Below are positions 48,624 to 58,706 of a stretch of DNA of 64,000 nucleotides, piece after piece. Source of the stretch: Pseudothermotoga sp. (lineage in GTDB: Bacteria > Thermotogota > Thermotogae > Thermotogales > DSM-5069); NCBI GenBank assembly GCA_031962025.1, contig JAVRKW010000002.1; one strand, written 5' to 3'. Below the pieces are notes generated by a model. It searched no databases. It had not been told where the DNA came from and was given only the letters and a program-made list of their open reading frames with translations. The translations under genes were made by a program, and so were the position numbers. Position 1 is the stretch's first letter. Each line of letters starts with the position of its first letter.

Positions 48624-51257
48624 CTATTTTTTCCTGTATCTCACAACTTTGACAAGTTCGTACAGCGGAACGATCATTATTGCCGCTGTCAATGACACCA
48701 GAAGCTGTTTTCCCGTAAGGCTTGCCGTGCCAAAGACATCCTGAAGTCCGGGTACATATATGACTGCGATTAACAGTGCAAAAGATGCCAGATTTGCCAT
48801 TATGAGTTTTGGGTTGTTTTTGATGCCTACTTTGAACAGAGAAAATCTCAGAGATTTTGAATTGAACGCGTGCATTAACTGTCCTGTACACAGCGTGAAG
48901 AAAACCATCGTCCTGAGTAATTCAATCTGATCGTGTTCCATCAAAGCCCAACCGTATACAAAAAGCGACAGTGCCGAGAGCAAAATACCGCCGATGAAGA
49001 TATTTACCAGGACATCTCTGCTCATGATACCTTCCTGTGGATCTCTGGGCGGTCTTTTCATTACATCTGGCTCCGCTGGTTCTACACCAAGAGCCAGAGC
49101 TGGAAGTCCATCTGTGACCAGATTCATCCACAGTATCTGAACAGGTATCAAAGGTAATGGCAATTTCAGCAGGATTGAGATGAAGATCGTTGCAACTTCA
49201 CTGATGTTACACGATAGCAGGTAATAGACGACCTTTCTGATGTTATCGAAAATCTTTCTTCCTTCTTCGATCGCCGCAACGATGCTTGCAAAGTTATCGT
49301 CTGTTAAAACCATATCCGACGCGTCCTTGGAAACGTCGGTACCGGTTATGCCCATTGCAACACCTATATCGAATTTTTTCAAAGCGGGTGCGTCGTTGAC
49401 ACCGTCTCCCGTCATAGCCACTATTCTTCCGCGCTTTTTTAAAGCTTCAACGATCTTGAGCTTGTCGTTCGGTGATACCCTTGCGTACACTTTTACTTTT
49501 TCGACTATTTCTACCAGTTGATCTATGTCCATTTCGATTAACTCACTGCCGGTTAGAACCATGTCATTCTGCTCAAGAATGTTCAACTCTTTTGCAATCG
49601 TCTGAGCGGTGATCTTGTGATCCCCGGTGATCATGATGACCCTGATTCCCGCAGTTTGACATTTTTCAAGTGCCTGTTTGACTTCTGGTCTTGGTGGATC
49701 GATCATACCCACCAATCCCAAGAAGGTCATATCGCTTTCCAGATTTGAAAAATCATCTTTTTGCAATTCTTTGAATGCAACTGCCAGAACTCTGAGTCCC
49801 TGCTGTGCCATCTGGCTGTTATACTGAAGAATCTGTTCTTTATCCTGTTCTGTGAGCTGTTTGATTTCCCCGCTCTCTGTCATATATCTGGTGCAATTTT
49901 TTATCACCACATCAGGTGCACCTTTTGTGAAAGAAACCATCCTGTCTTGGTCTTTGTGGACAGTTGTCATCATCTTTCTATCAGAGTCAAATGGTATTTC
50001 GTGAATGCGAGGCATTTTTTCTTCGATGTTTTCTTTTTCAATTCCAAGATCAAGTGCTGCAACTGCCAGAGCAATTTCTGTTGGATCGCCCGAAGTTATA
50101 CGGTTCTTATCTTTGATCGTGATAAAGCTGTCATTGCACAATGTTGCACCAATCAAAAGTAGTTCCAGAGATTTGTATTTGTTCTCTTTTACTTGATTGT
50201 GTTCAAAGAGTGTTGATGGATGTATATAATATTTGACAACGGTCATTTCGTTTTTTGTCAGAGTGCCTGTTTTATCAGAACAAATCACGTTGACCGATCC
50301 GAGTGCTTCAACAGCCTGGAGTTTTCTTATTACGGCGTGTCTTTTCACCATGTTGTACATACCAAGTGCCAGTACGATTGTCACAACAGCCGGCAAACCC
50401 TCCGGCACCGCTGCAACGGCAAGGCTCACCGATGTGAGAAACATTTCAAGTAGCGGGTTGCCCTCAAATATTCCCACGGTAAATACGACTGCGCATATAG
50501 CCAGAATTATAACGCCAATCTGCTTTCCGAGCTTTTCAAGATTCTTCTGCAGTGGTGTTTCTTCTTCTTCCATCTCTGAAAGCATTTTGGCAATTTTCCC
50601 AAGTTCTGTTTCATTTCCAGTGGAAGTCACAACGGCTTTACCTCTACCCTTTGCAACTATCGTCCCTGAATAGACCATGTTGAGCCTATCACCGATTGGC
50701 AGCCTGTCTTTATCTATTACCTCTGAGGTCTTGTCCACGGGCTGTGATTCTCCAGTCAAAGCCGCCTCACTCACTGAAAGATTCACAGCTTCAATCAATC
50801 TTCCGTCTGCTGGTACATAATTACCCGTTTCGAGTAGAATCACATCGCCTGGTACTATTTCCCTTGATGGGATGGTCTGTACCATACCATCTCTGATCAC
50901 TTTTGCCGCCGGTGCAGCCATTTTTTTCAGTAGTTGCAGTGATTTTTCTGCTTTTGACTCCTGAATAGTGCTCAAAGTCGCGTTTAAAAGAACTATGATG
51001 ATGATCAAAGCAGCATCGATACCCTCACCAACAAGGATTGAGATCACAGCGGCTGCAAGAAGAATGATTATTAAAAAATCTGTGAACTGAGAAAAAAACA
51101 TCTGCCAGACTGTTTTTCTTTTCTTTTGAGTTATTTCGTTTGGACCGTATTGTTCAAGTCTTTTTCTCGCTTCCTGGCTGGTGAGACCGTTTTTGGGATC
51201 TACCTGCATGTCCTCACAGACTTGGTCGACTTTCATTCTGTAGAAATCTTTCAACAC
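48624..51257 (-). CDS. P-type IIA (Ca2+-transporting) ATPase
   Basis: LTGES, AAVPEGL, DKTGT, KGAP, TGDGVND, WMNLVTD. Confidence 0.95.
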   Translation of the reverse strand: MLKDFYRMKVDQVCEDMQVDPKNGLTSQEARKRLEQYGPNEITQKKRKTVWQMFFSQFTDFLIIILLAAAVISILVGEGIDAALIIIIVLLNATLSTIQESKAEKSLQLLKKMAAPAAKVIRDGMVQTIPSREIVPGDVILLETGNYVPADGRLIEAVNLSVSEAALTGESQPVDKTSEVIDKDRLPIGDRLNMVYSGTIVAKGRGKAVVTSTGNETELGKIAKMLSEMEEEETPLQKNLEKLGKQIGVIILAICAVVFTVGIFEGNPLLEMFLTSVSLAVAAVPEGLPAVVTIVLALGMYNMVKRHAVIRKLQAVEALGSVNVICSDKTGTLTKNEMTVVKYYIHPSTLFEHNQVKENKYKSLELLLIGATLCNDSFITIKDKNRITSGDPTEIALAVAALDLGIEKENIEEKMPRIHEIPFDSDRKMMTTVHKDQDRMVSFTKGAPDVVIKNCTRYMTESGEIKQLTEQDKEQILQYNSQMAQQGLRVLAVAFKELQKDDFSNLESDMTFLGLVGMIDPPRPEVKQALEKCQTAGIRVIMITGDHKITAQTIAKELNILEQNDMVLTGSELIEMDIDQLVEIVEKVKVYARVSPNDKLKIVEALKKRGRIVAMTGDGVNDAPALKKFDIGVAMGITGTDVSKDASDMVLTDDNFASIVAAIEEGRKIFDNIRKVVYYLLSCNISEVATIFISILLKLPLPLIPVQILWMNLVTDGLPALALGVEPAEPDVMKRPPRDPQEGIMSRDVLVNIFIGGILLSALSLFVYGWALMEHDQIELLRTMVFFTLCTGQLMHAFNSKSLRFSLFKVGIKNNPKLIMANLASFALLIAVIYVPGLQDVFGTASLTGKQLLVSLTAAIMIVPLYELVKVVRYRKK

Positions 51258-51313
51258 AATCACACCCCTAAGAGAATTTTTCAACAAGTAGATTATACTG
51301 ATCTACTTTTTAT

Positions 51314-52276
51314 TCAATATGACAGAAACTTGAATCTGAAAAATCCAAGGAAATATTTGTTTTTGTTAACAGGTGCCCAGGATGGATCGAGTTCGGCAAG
51401 CTCGCTGTATCTGACAAATCTCAATTCACCAGTACTCCCGCCGATGGGACCTGTGTGATACAGAACCCAGCCCTGATGATCTGCCACACCCAGGTTACCG
51501 ACATAGATCATGAGATGGTATGGAAATTCAAAATCCTCTGGATGAAAAAAGACCATGATATCTCCGGGTTTAGAAAAGCTGACATCCTTTGTCACAAATT
51601 TCAGACTGTTCTGGTACAGAATTCTTGCAACAGCAAAAGTACTGAAATCAGAACTGTCCTGAAACTTCCCTTTTTTTATTCTGAAAATTTTTTTGCCAAT
51701 GATCGGTACATTCGGATAGTTGTACTTCTCGACATCCTGAAAGACAGGACCTGTATACTTTGTCCTTTCAAACCAGAGACTATCGTGCTTTCTAAGGGCT
51801 TCTCTTGCACAGTACCTGATCAGCCCGGCACAGTCCATTTCATCTTTATTCCACGCAGGAGAATCGTTGTTAAAGGCACTTATTCCAATCCATATAAACC
51901 AGTTTCTGAATCTCTCTGAATCTTTCAAATCAAGCATCAGGCAGTCTGGATAACCATCTTCATCTTTATCTTCAACATCTGGCTCAACGAAAAACTTTAT
52001 CGACTTTGTTTTTTTAAAAGGACCTATACTCTCAAAATACAGTTCTATTCTTTCTGCAGGTTTTACCCGTGGCAAATACAGACCGTTATCCATCACCTGA
52101 ACTGTTCTGTTTGAATAAATCTTCGCGGCAACTATTTTTCCTTCAAGAAAAAGATCCTGAACATCTTTCACGGGCTTAAGGGCTATCTGAAGTTTCACCT
52201 GAAAACTGAAAGCCAGTATCATGAACAGGGAAATTGCTGTTGCGATAGCGAGCCACATAATCTGGTATATCTTCAT
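51314..52276 (-). CDS. DUF1175 (YfaT-like, NlpC/P60-like) protein
   Basis: DCAGLIRY..REAL, PGD...F, HLMIY, YHTG and W.P...N..FLG.FR motifs; next to the alpha-2-macroglobulin gene. Confidence 0.85.
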   Translation of the reverse strand: MKIYQIMWLAIATAISLFMILAFSFQVKLQIALKPVKDVQDLFLEGKIVAAKIYSNRTVQVMDNGLYLPRVKPAERIELYFESIGPFKKTKSIKFFVEPDVEDKDEDGYPDCLMLDLKDSERFRNWFIWIGISAFNNDSPAWNKDEMDCAGLIRYCAREALRKHDSLWFERTKYTGPVFQDVEKYNYPNVPIIGKKIFRIKKGKFQDSSDFSTFAVARILYQNSLKFVTKDVSFSKPGDIMVFFHPEDFEFPYHLMIYVGNLGVADHQGWVLYHTGPIGGSTGELRFVRYSELAELDPSWAPVNKNKYFLGFFRFKFLSY

Positions 52277-52703
52277 ATTTAACCTCCTGCATGAATCTTT
52301 TCAAGGCATCTTTGTGTTCTCCTTTGAGATCTTCAAGTTTTGAACCTGTGAGATATAGTATCAAACCTTCTTCGAACCATCTTGGCATGGAAAAATTCTT
52401 CTGCAAAAGATGGTGAAGTAATTCATGTTCTATCGTGCTTTCGAATATTCCTTTCTGCCTGAGAACAGCAAAAGGCTGGCTGATAATCACACCATCAGCA
52501 TACACAGCAGCTATGTGATATGGCTTTGCCGTCAGTTTATGAAATTCATAAACAGTATCACATTCTATCAGTATTACATCAAGCTCAACTTTGATTTGCA
52601 AAAATTCGGCTATTTTGAATATTCTGTCCAAAGGCAGATCATTTAGATTTCTCAACCTCAAACCATACACCGATATCAAGCACATCAGGATTTGAATGAC
52701 CAT
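52176..52703 (-). CDS. Small HEXXH zinc-metallopeptidase-like protein
   Basis: EHELLHH followed by PRWFEEGL (gluzincin-type). Hydrophobic N-terminus from the ATG at 52703. Overlaps both neighbours. Confidence 0.7.
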   Translation of the reverse strand: MVIQILMCLISVYGLRLRNLNDLPLDRIFKIAEFLQIKVELDVILIECDTVYEFHKLTAKPYHIAAVYADGVIISQPFAVLRQKGIFESTIEHELLHHLLQKNFSMPRWFEEGLILYLTGSKLEDLKGEHKDALKRFMQEVKYEDIPDYVARYRNSNFPVHDTGFQFSGETSDSP

Positions 52704-55700
52704 AAAGACCTTTGTAATACATTGAATAAGCTCTGGCCGGGAGAATCTGGTATTTTCCATTTGCCGTTGCCCTCCAGAAATAGCTTAGATTCCCCGAAGA
52801 GTACCCACGAACGAAGAAAGCAATTCTGTCCTGATGTACTTCACTGGCTGTAAACCACCTGTCCCAGGCTTTGTACCACATGTAGTCAAATTTTGAGTAA
52901 TTTTGCAAACTCTTTTCCCCGTACCTGTCCAGGATTTGTGCGCAGGATGCAAAATAATCTTCAACGACAAGATAACCACCACTTCCCGATTTGAGTCTTA
53001 TCACGGTCTTTACTATATCACCTGAACCTATCGAAACTGGATGGGATTGTTTTTGAAAGATCACTTCACACAGTTGTTCTGTCAACATTTGTTCATTTCC
53101 AGAAAAACGAAAGCCACCCTTAGCGATGATTTTTTCACCATCCCAGTCCAGAACTTGTTCAGCCACGAAGGGCAGTTCGACAAAATCATCTTTCACAAAC
53201 CAGTAAGTTTTGTCTGAAGTTCTCAAGAGTATCTCGGACTCGGTGCAGTTCAATGCCACGACGTCATCTGGAACGCTGGCAACAGGGCGGTTGTCTATCC
53301 ACAGCTTTCCTTCTTTCAGATACACCAAGCCGTCTTTGGTCAAGCCGGCATCCTGAACATCGAAATAGGTTTTTGCCGTCTTTGACAGTGTGTCGTAAAC
53401 CATGGCAGAGTTGTTTTTGAGCATGACCAGTATTAGACCGTTTCGTGTTTGAATGTGTTTAAATTCGTACAAAGCGTTGTTCAAGCTGAGTTTGAAATCT
53501 TCTACCTTCAGTTTAGTGTTTCTGTATGTGTATTCTTCAGATTCATGCGGCAATATGTACAGTTCATCGGTTTTGAATTCACTCAGCAATCTGGCTGATA
53601 CCGGTACATAATGCTGTGCAATCGGCACAAAGGCATCGACCACAGTTTTTTGATCGATCACGGGTATCTCGTAACGTACGTAGAACTTTCTTTCCACACT
53701 CAGTCCTTCGTTCACTGCTGAAACGGGTTTTTCGTAATAGATCACGTGGATTTCTACAAGCCCGTTTCCTTGAATGGTCAGGTGGTTCTGTTCGATCTCG
53801 ATTTGTCCCTGACCTGTTAATTCAACGGTTTTCCCGTTGTTCACCACAACATGTGGTTCATTTATCTGCGGCAGAGCTTCGAGCAGTGCAAGCACCGCAA
53901 AGGATGTGTCTTTTGTTGAATACCAGAAATAACCGTCTTTTTTGCTGATCAGGTAATTGACGATTTTCGTCTGGATTTCTTTATTTTTGTTCCACTTGGC
54001 GAGTGATCTGAGCAGTATAGAGGTTAACTGCACATCGGAGATGAAATAGTTGTCCTCTGGCTGGATAAAAGCGAGAGTTTCTGTCTGTTTCAACAGCTTC
54101 ATTGCTTCTTCAAGGGCTTTTTCAGAAGACAGTGAAAGATACACCCAATCCGTGTCATTTTTAACCTGATAAGGTTTGTGATCGACTTTGTAAAGATCAA
54201 GTACGTATGATCCATAAGCTGAAAGATTTTCACTTAAATAATTCAGACCGGCTTCTATCACAGAATCCGCAATGTCAAATCCCGCTTTTCGTGCGTGGTA
54301 AAGTCCTTCCATGACATAGCAGGTCATGAAATCATCACTGTCATCGTTCTGCCACCAGCCCCATCCTCCATCTAGATGCTGATATTTGTACAGCCTCATC
54401 AAACCTTTTTCGACTATTTCTTCAAGCTCATCTATCTTCAGACCCATTTGAGCGGCAACCACCGCCGGCAGAAAACTGCTCATCGTTTGTTCAGTACAAC
54501 CGTATGGGTATCTTATCAGCCTTCTGATGGAATTTTCCACAAGTGGTATGATGCTCGAATAAACGGTCAGTCTTGCCTGTTTGTATTCGCCTTCTGGTAA
54601 ATTCACGGTTTTTGAACCGTTCACAAACTCCAATGTGTAAAATTCTCTTTCAAAAGCAAATGGTTTTACCGGTACGTTCAGAGCCACGGCATCTGTCAAA
54701 CCAAAACTCGCAGTTGCGAAAGTTGTTATTGTAGATGGGTCTGATTCTTTCAGTGCCATTACTGTCCAGTATGAAGAATTGGTACTTTTCGGTTGCACAT
54801 AAAAGCTGGTTTTTGTATCTTGTGGTGGATAATACTGATGATTTTCCAAGATCAATTCAACAGAATCAGGTAACTCCAGCCACAGATTTGTTTCTATGAG
54901 ATCAGATCTTTGATTGAAAACCGTAGCGGATATCTGAACAATATCTCCTTGCCTGAAAAATGTTGGTAGGATGGGACGCACATAGAAATCTCTTGTGACA
55001 GTGATCTTACCGTCAGCCTGTGCCATGTTCTTTTTTGAAAACCCATACGCCGTGGCGATGAAAGTCGTCAGACTATCAGGCACTTTGAAGACAACGGTCG
55101 CCTTTCCTTTGTCGATTTTCAGGTTGGGTATCCACAGAGCCGTATCGGGGAAGTATTCTCTGACATTTATCTTAGCCTGAACTGCACTCTTTTTGAAATC
55201 TTCAAAGGATTTTTCTTCAGGTAGCTCAGCCATTATGTTGAATTTACCCGATAAGTACAACCAGAAGTTTGAAAAGTCCCAGAAGACCTGTGGATATTCG
55301 CTGTATGGATATATAACATCCTCAATGGAAACAGGATTGATACCAAGCATTGAATAAATTGCCTCATCTACAAGCGACAGGCAGAACGAAAAATCCTCAT
55401 TTGATTCGATAGTGAGTTTTGCTTCCTCGCCGGGTTGATAGACATCTTTATCAAAATGGATCTGAATCTTCTGTACATTGAGCTGACGTTCTATTTTTAT
55501 ATTCTTCATCTGGGAGATCTTTTTGCCATTTGAATAAGCAAGAAAGATCAAAAATAGATTTCTCTGTGTCGTTCCATCCGGCACTGGTAGATTAATTGAC
55601 GCATGCCCCTCAACTTTGATTAATTGCGTACTGTAGACTCGATCACCGACTAAGGCAATTACTCCGGCTACCTTTTGCGGTGAAAAGATCTGTAGCAAGA

Positions 55701-57279
55701 TCTGTTCACCAATTTTATAGCTTTCCTTATCAGTGACCATTGCAAATTCAGAGACAGTATATCCTTCTATCCACGAATACGAATGCACGTATATGTATTT
55801 TTTCGCTTTCTGAAAGCCAAGTTCAATCCTGTAGCTACCGATAGTCTGGGGTGAAAATTGTATCAGAGCTTCTCCATCAACTACTTTTATCTTGGAAATC
55901 TTTTGATCGATCTTGATTGTCATTTCACCATTCAGTGGATTATCAGCAAGATCTGTCACTTTCACTTTTATTGAAAGGTTTTCGCCCGGTTTTGTAAAGA
56001 TACTGTCTTGATCCAGTGATATTTTCACGTTGTCTGCATGAATGTAAACTGTTTTTTCCTGCTCGATCTGTCTTTGACTTTCATCGGTGACTATCGCTTG
56101 GATTGAGTACCGACCCTGGAAGCCTTCCTCGGCTTTCACAGATATACTTAACTGCCCGTTTTCGTCGGCAACTTCATAGCCACGATAAACAAGAAAGCTT
56201 TCTGTGTCAAATTCAGAATACGCATAGATGTAAAAGGCAATATTTGCACCAGCAACCGGCAGGTCGTTGAAATAATTCACCTTTACAACGGCTTGAATAT
56301 TTTCTCCTGAAATGTATTCTTCTTTGCTCGTTTCGATCTGGACTTTGTACTCGGGTTTTCTGTATTCTTCAACCAGAAAGTCTTGGAAAAAAGAGCTATC
56401 CTTGTGCGTTACCTTGATCATATATCTTCCAATAGCCGCCGTTTCAGCGAGCTTGAAACTATCCCAGAACCCACCTAATTCGTCAGTTGCCAGTGATTTG
56501 TTGTAGATCTCATTACCCTTGGGATCTGAAATAACAACCTGAACTTTAGTGGCACCAAGAGCTGTGTAGAGATTCTGCTCCTGTTTGAGAAGTTGACCTT
56601 TGAAGTTCACCGTGTCTTTGGGTTTATAAATGGGTCTGTCAGTAACCAAGAAGAGCTTCTTACCAAGGTTGAAGGTTCTACCTGGCTTGTAAACGTTGCT
56701 AACTGTAAAGGAATCGTTCTTTTTCACAACAACCATATCGAAGTCTTCTTCGAGCTTTGCCAGACCGTATTCATCGGTCTTTGATCTATATACAACTTTT
56801 TGATCTTTTATCAGGAAAAGTTCGGCTTTGGGAATGATTTCAGATGTGGTTTTCACAGTATAGATGATTGTTTGTTCCTCGTCTGATAAAAAAACAATCC
56901 CTATATCTGTCACAATCAGGACCGTCGAGTCATATATGGCACTCTGGCTTAAGTTTGAAAGAACCGCCAGATAAAGGCCCGTATTTGTGAATTTCACTGA
57001 AAAACTCTGCCATTCTTCGGTCAATTGAAAAACTCTTTGTAGCACCCTTTTGCCTGCTTTTTGCCTCAAATCTTCGTAGGACAAATTCGTATCTGTGAAT
57101 AATGCCAGCGGGTCTATATTTAGCCGATAAACACTCAGAAGGACTCTATCAAGCTGTGATGCTGAAAAAGAGATGGTTGCATCTGGAAGTTCCAGCACAG
57201 TTTCGCTTGTGAAGTATGCATAGCCTGCGAATACTGAGATCGAAAAAATCACCAAGAGAAGAACAATCTGTTTATACAT
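52639..57279 (-). CDS. Bacterial alpha-2-macroglobulin with thioester
   Basis: TDRPIYKP, EEYRKPEY, VREYFPDTALW, PDSLT, YPYGCTEQ, QHLDGGWGWW. Confidence 0.95.
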   Translation of the reverse strand: MYKQIVLLLVIFSISVFAGYAYFTSETVLELPDATISFSASQLDRVLLSVYRLNIDPLALFTDTNLSYEDLRQKAGKRVLQRVFQLTEEWQSFSVKFTNTGLYLAVLSNLSQSAIYDSTVLIVTDIGIVFLSDEEQTIIYTVKTTSEIIPKAELFLIKDQKVVYRSKTDEYGLAKLEEDFDMVVVKKNDSFTVSNVYKPGRTFNLGKKLFLVTDRPIYKPKDTVNFKGQLLKQEQNLYTALGATKVQVVISDPKGNEIYNKSLATDELGGFWDSFKLAETAAIGRYMIKVTHKDSSFFQDFLVEEYRKPEYKVQIETSKEEYISGENIQAVVKVNYFNDLPVAGANIAFYIYAYSEFDTESFLVYRGYEVADENGQLSISVKAEEGFQGRYSIQAIVTDESQRQIEQEKTVYIHADNVKISLDQDSIFTKPGENLSIKVKVTDLADNPLNGEMTIKIDQKISKIKVVDGEALIQFSPQTIGSYRIELGFQKAKKYIYVHSYSWIEGYTVSEFAMVTDKESYKIGEQILLQIFSPQKVAGVIALVGDRVYSTQLIKVEGHASINLPVPDGTTQRNLFLIFLAYSNGKKISQMKNIKIERQLNVQKIQIHFDKDVYQPGEEAKLTIESNEDFSFCLSLVDEAIYSMLGINPVSIEDVIYPYSEYPQVFWDFSNFWLYLSGKFNIMAELPEEKSFEDFKKSAVQAKINVREYFPDTALWIPNLKIDKGKATVVFKVPDSLTTFIATAYGFSKKNMAQADGKITVTRDFYVRPILPTFFRQGDIVQISATVFNQRSDLIETNLWLELPDSVELILENHQYYPPQDTKTSFYVQPKSTNSSYWTVMALKESDPSTITTFATASFGLTDAVALNVPVKPFAFEREFYTLEFVNGSKTVNLPEGEYKQARLTVYSSIIPLVENSIRRLIRYPYGCTEQTMSSFLPAVVAAQMGLKIDELEEIVEKGLMRLYKYQHLDGGWGWWQNDDSDDFMTCYVMEGLYHARKAGFDIADSVIEAGLNYLSENLSAYGSYVLDLYKVDHKPYQVKNDTDWVYLSLSSEKALEEAMKLLKQTETLAFIQPEDNYFISDVQLTSILLRSLAKWNKNKEIQTKIVNYLISKKDGYFWYSTKDTSFAVLALLEALPQINEPHVVVNNGKTVELTGQGQIEIEQNHLTIQGNGLVEIHVIYYEKPVSAVNEGLSVERKFYVRYEIPVIDQKTVVDAFVPIAQHYVPVSARLLSEFKTDELYILPHESEEYTYRNTKLKVEDFKLSLNNALYEFKHIQTRNGLILVMLKNNSAMVYDTLSKTAKTYFDVQDAGLTKDGLVYLKEGKLWIDNRPVASVPDDVVALNCTESEILLRTSDKTYWFVKDDFVELPFVAEQVLDWDGEKIIAKGGFRFSGNEQMLTEQLCEVIFQKQSHPVSIGSGDIVKTVIRLKSGSGGYLVVEDYFASCAQILDRYGEKSLQNYSKFDYMWYKAWDRWFTASEVHQDRIAFFVRGYSSGNLSYFWRATANGKYQILPARAYSMYYKGLYGHSNPDVLDIGVWFEVEKSK

Positions 57280-58285
57280 ATTCCATACCCCCTTCGTGTA
57301 TCGACTCAATCTCTACAAAATTCATGTTCTCATCGTAGACTATCTGAAGATTTTTCAAATCAACGAAATCAAAACTCTCCCATTGATGCAGAACCTTTGA
57401 AAGTTTCTCAACCTTTCCGAACACTTCCCATTTACCCTGCCACGATGCATATCCATCGTCTTCAACATGATATATCTGCTGGTCTTTTTCACACAAAGAC
57501 CAACATGAGAGATGTAATAACCTGAACATTTCTGTTTGCTGGTAATACTTTATATTGATCACTCCTGAAAAATTCTTCGGCTGTATCTTTGACAGTTTTG
57601 CAAGATTTTCCTGATTCAGATTTCCAAGTAAACCTTTTGCCTTCAGGAATCTTGTCTGGACAATCTCTCTGGCAACGATGAACTGTGAAAATTTTTCAAA
57701 GAGTACGGCAGGTTGCGACTGGGTGAGAAACACATCTACAGGTGCTATTATTTTACCATTGATTTTCAATTGTTTGAACCACTGTGCTGGAATTGTGTCT
57801 ACTGCGACAGTTACAAATATGACATCGTAAGGAGCAAGATCTTGGTATCCAGCCGCTCCATCCTGATTGATGAAAAGTACATTTTTTATACCCAGATTTT
57901 GAGAAGTTTTCACAGCATGTTCAAGAAATTTCCCGTTGACTTCCATCCCAACTACCAATCCACTATCACCGACTATCTGCGACATCACGCATGCGTTGTA
58001 ACCGGTACCCGATCCAATTTCTAAAATCCTCATTCCCCTGGAAATTCCAGCGACTTTCATAAAAAGTGCCATCAAAGACGGCTGGCTGGAAGTGCTGTAA
58101 TCATTCCCGTCCCTTGACGTTATGACAACATCATCTGAATAGATTACCTCCATCGGATAGCTGTACTGGCAGAAGGCTTCTCTTGGGATTTTTTCAAAGG
58201 CTTTGAGGATTTCTTCACTGTATTGACCTGTTAACGATATCTGCCTGACAAGTTCCATTTTCCACGGACTGGCAGTCATTGACAT
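57272..58285 (-). CDS. pcm: Protein-L-isoaspartate O-methyltransferase with C-terminal extension
   Basis: IPREAF, STSSQPSLMA, LEIGSGTGYNA, APYDVI. Confidence 0.85.
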   Translation of the reverse strand: MSMTASPWKMELVRQISLTGQYSEEILKAFEKIPREAFCQYSYPMEVIYSDDVVITSRDGNDYSTSSQPSLMALFMKVAGISRGMRILEIGSGTGYNACVMSQIVGDSGLVVGMEVNGKFLEHAVKTSQNLGIKNVLFINQDGAAGYQDLAPYDVIFVTVAVDTIPAQWFKQLKINGKIIAPVDVFLTQSQPAVLFEKFSQFIVAREIVQTRFLKAKGLLGNLNQENLAKLSKIQPKNFSGVINIKYYQQTEMFRLLHLSCWSLCEKDQQIYHVEDDGYASWQGKWEVFGKVEKLSKVLHQWESFDFVDLKNLQIVYDENMNFVEIESIHEGGMEYV

Positions 58286-58344
58286 ACCTCTTGGACTATT
58301 CTACACCTGATTTTTGTTTTGACTGTTTTCAATTTCAGAGTTTG

Positions 58345-58455
58345 TGATATAATTAACATGGACTTCTGAGGTGAAGGAGACTATCTGACACCGAGGAAGG
58401 GGTATATGGCGATAATTTGCCCCCTTTCTCGGTTTTGAGAAAGGGGGTTTTGTTT
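58345..58455 (+). promoter_or_regulatory. Extended -10 promoter and structured attenuator-like leader
   Basis: TGATATAAT at 58345-58353. Mutually exclusive helices 58390-58402/58421-58433 and 58420-58430/58437-58447, the second followed by a T-rich tail. Confidence 0.65.
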
Positions 58456-58697
58456 TGGAAAGATTTTACGTGGTGAATATCCTTGTTGAAAACAGAGAAA
58501 ATGCCTACAAACAGGTGAATGAGCTTTTGCACGACTTTGCAGATGTGATAAGGCTTAGAATGGGCTATCCTGTGCCGGATGAGAACATAGCGATAATCTT
58601 GCTTGTCGTAAAGGCAAATAACGATACGATGGGCAGTTTATCGGGAAAACTCGGTCAAATCAAAGAAGTCAAAGTGAAAACCGTTCCGGTTAAGTGA
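58455..58697 (+). CDS. TM1266-family iron-only hydrogenase system protein (ACT/NikR-C-like)
   Basis: VNELLH..I.LRMG.P...LSGKLGQI..V.VK pattern; precedes hydG. Confidence 0.85.
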   Translation: MERFYVVNILVENRENAYKQVNELLHDFADVIRLRMGYPVPDENIAIILLVVKANNDTMGSLSGKLGQIKEVKVKTVPVK

Positions 58698-58706
58698 GGT
58701 GAGAAA

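Noticed and set aside
58360..58435. Glycine riboswitch (GGAC...GGAGA...CACCGAGGAAG resemblance)
   Set aside because: The segment pairs as a continuous helix and lacks the CUCAGG-type internal loop and a clear P1/P2. It is reported only as an unknown structured leader. An Infernal scan would settle it.
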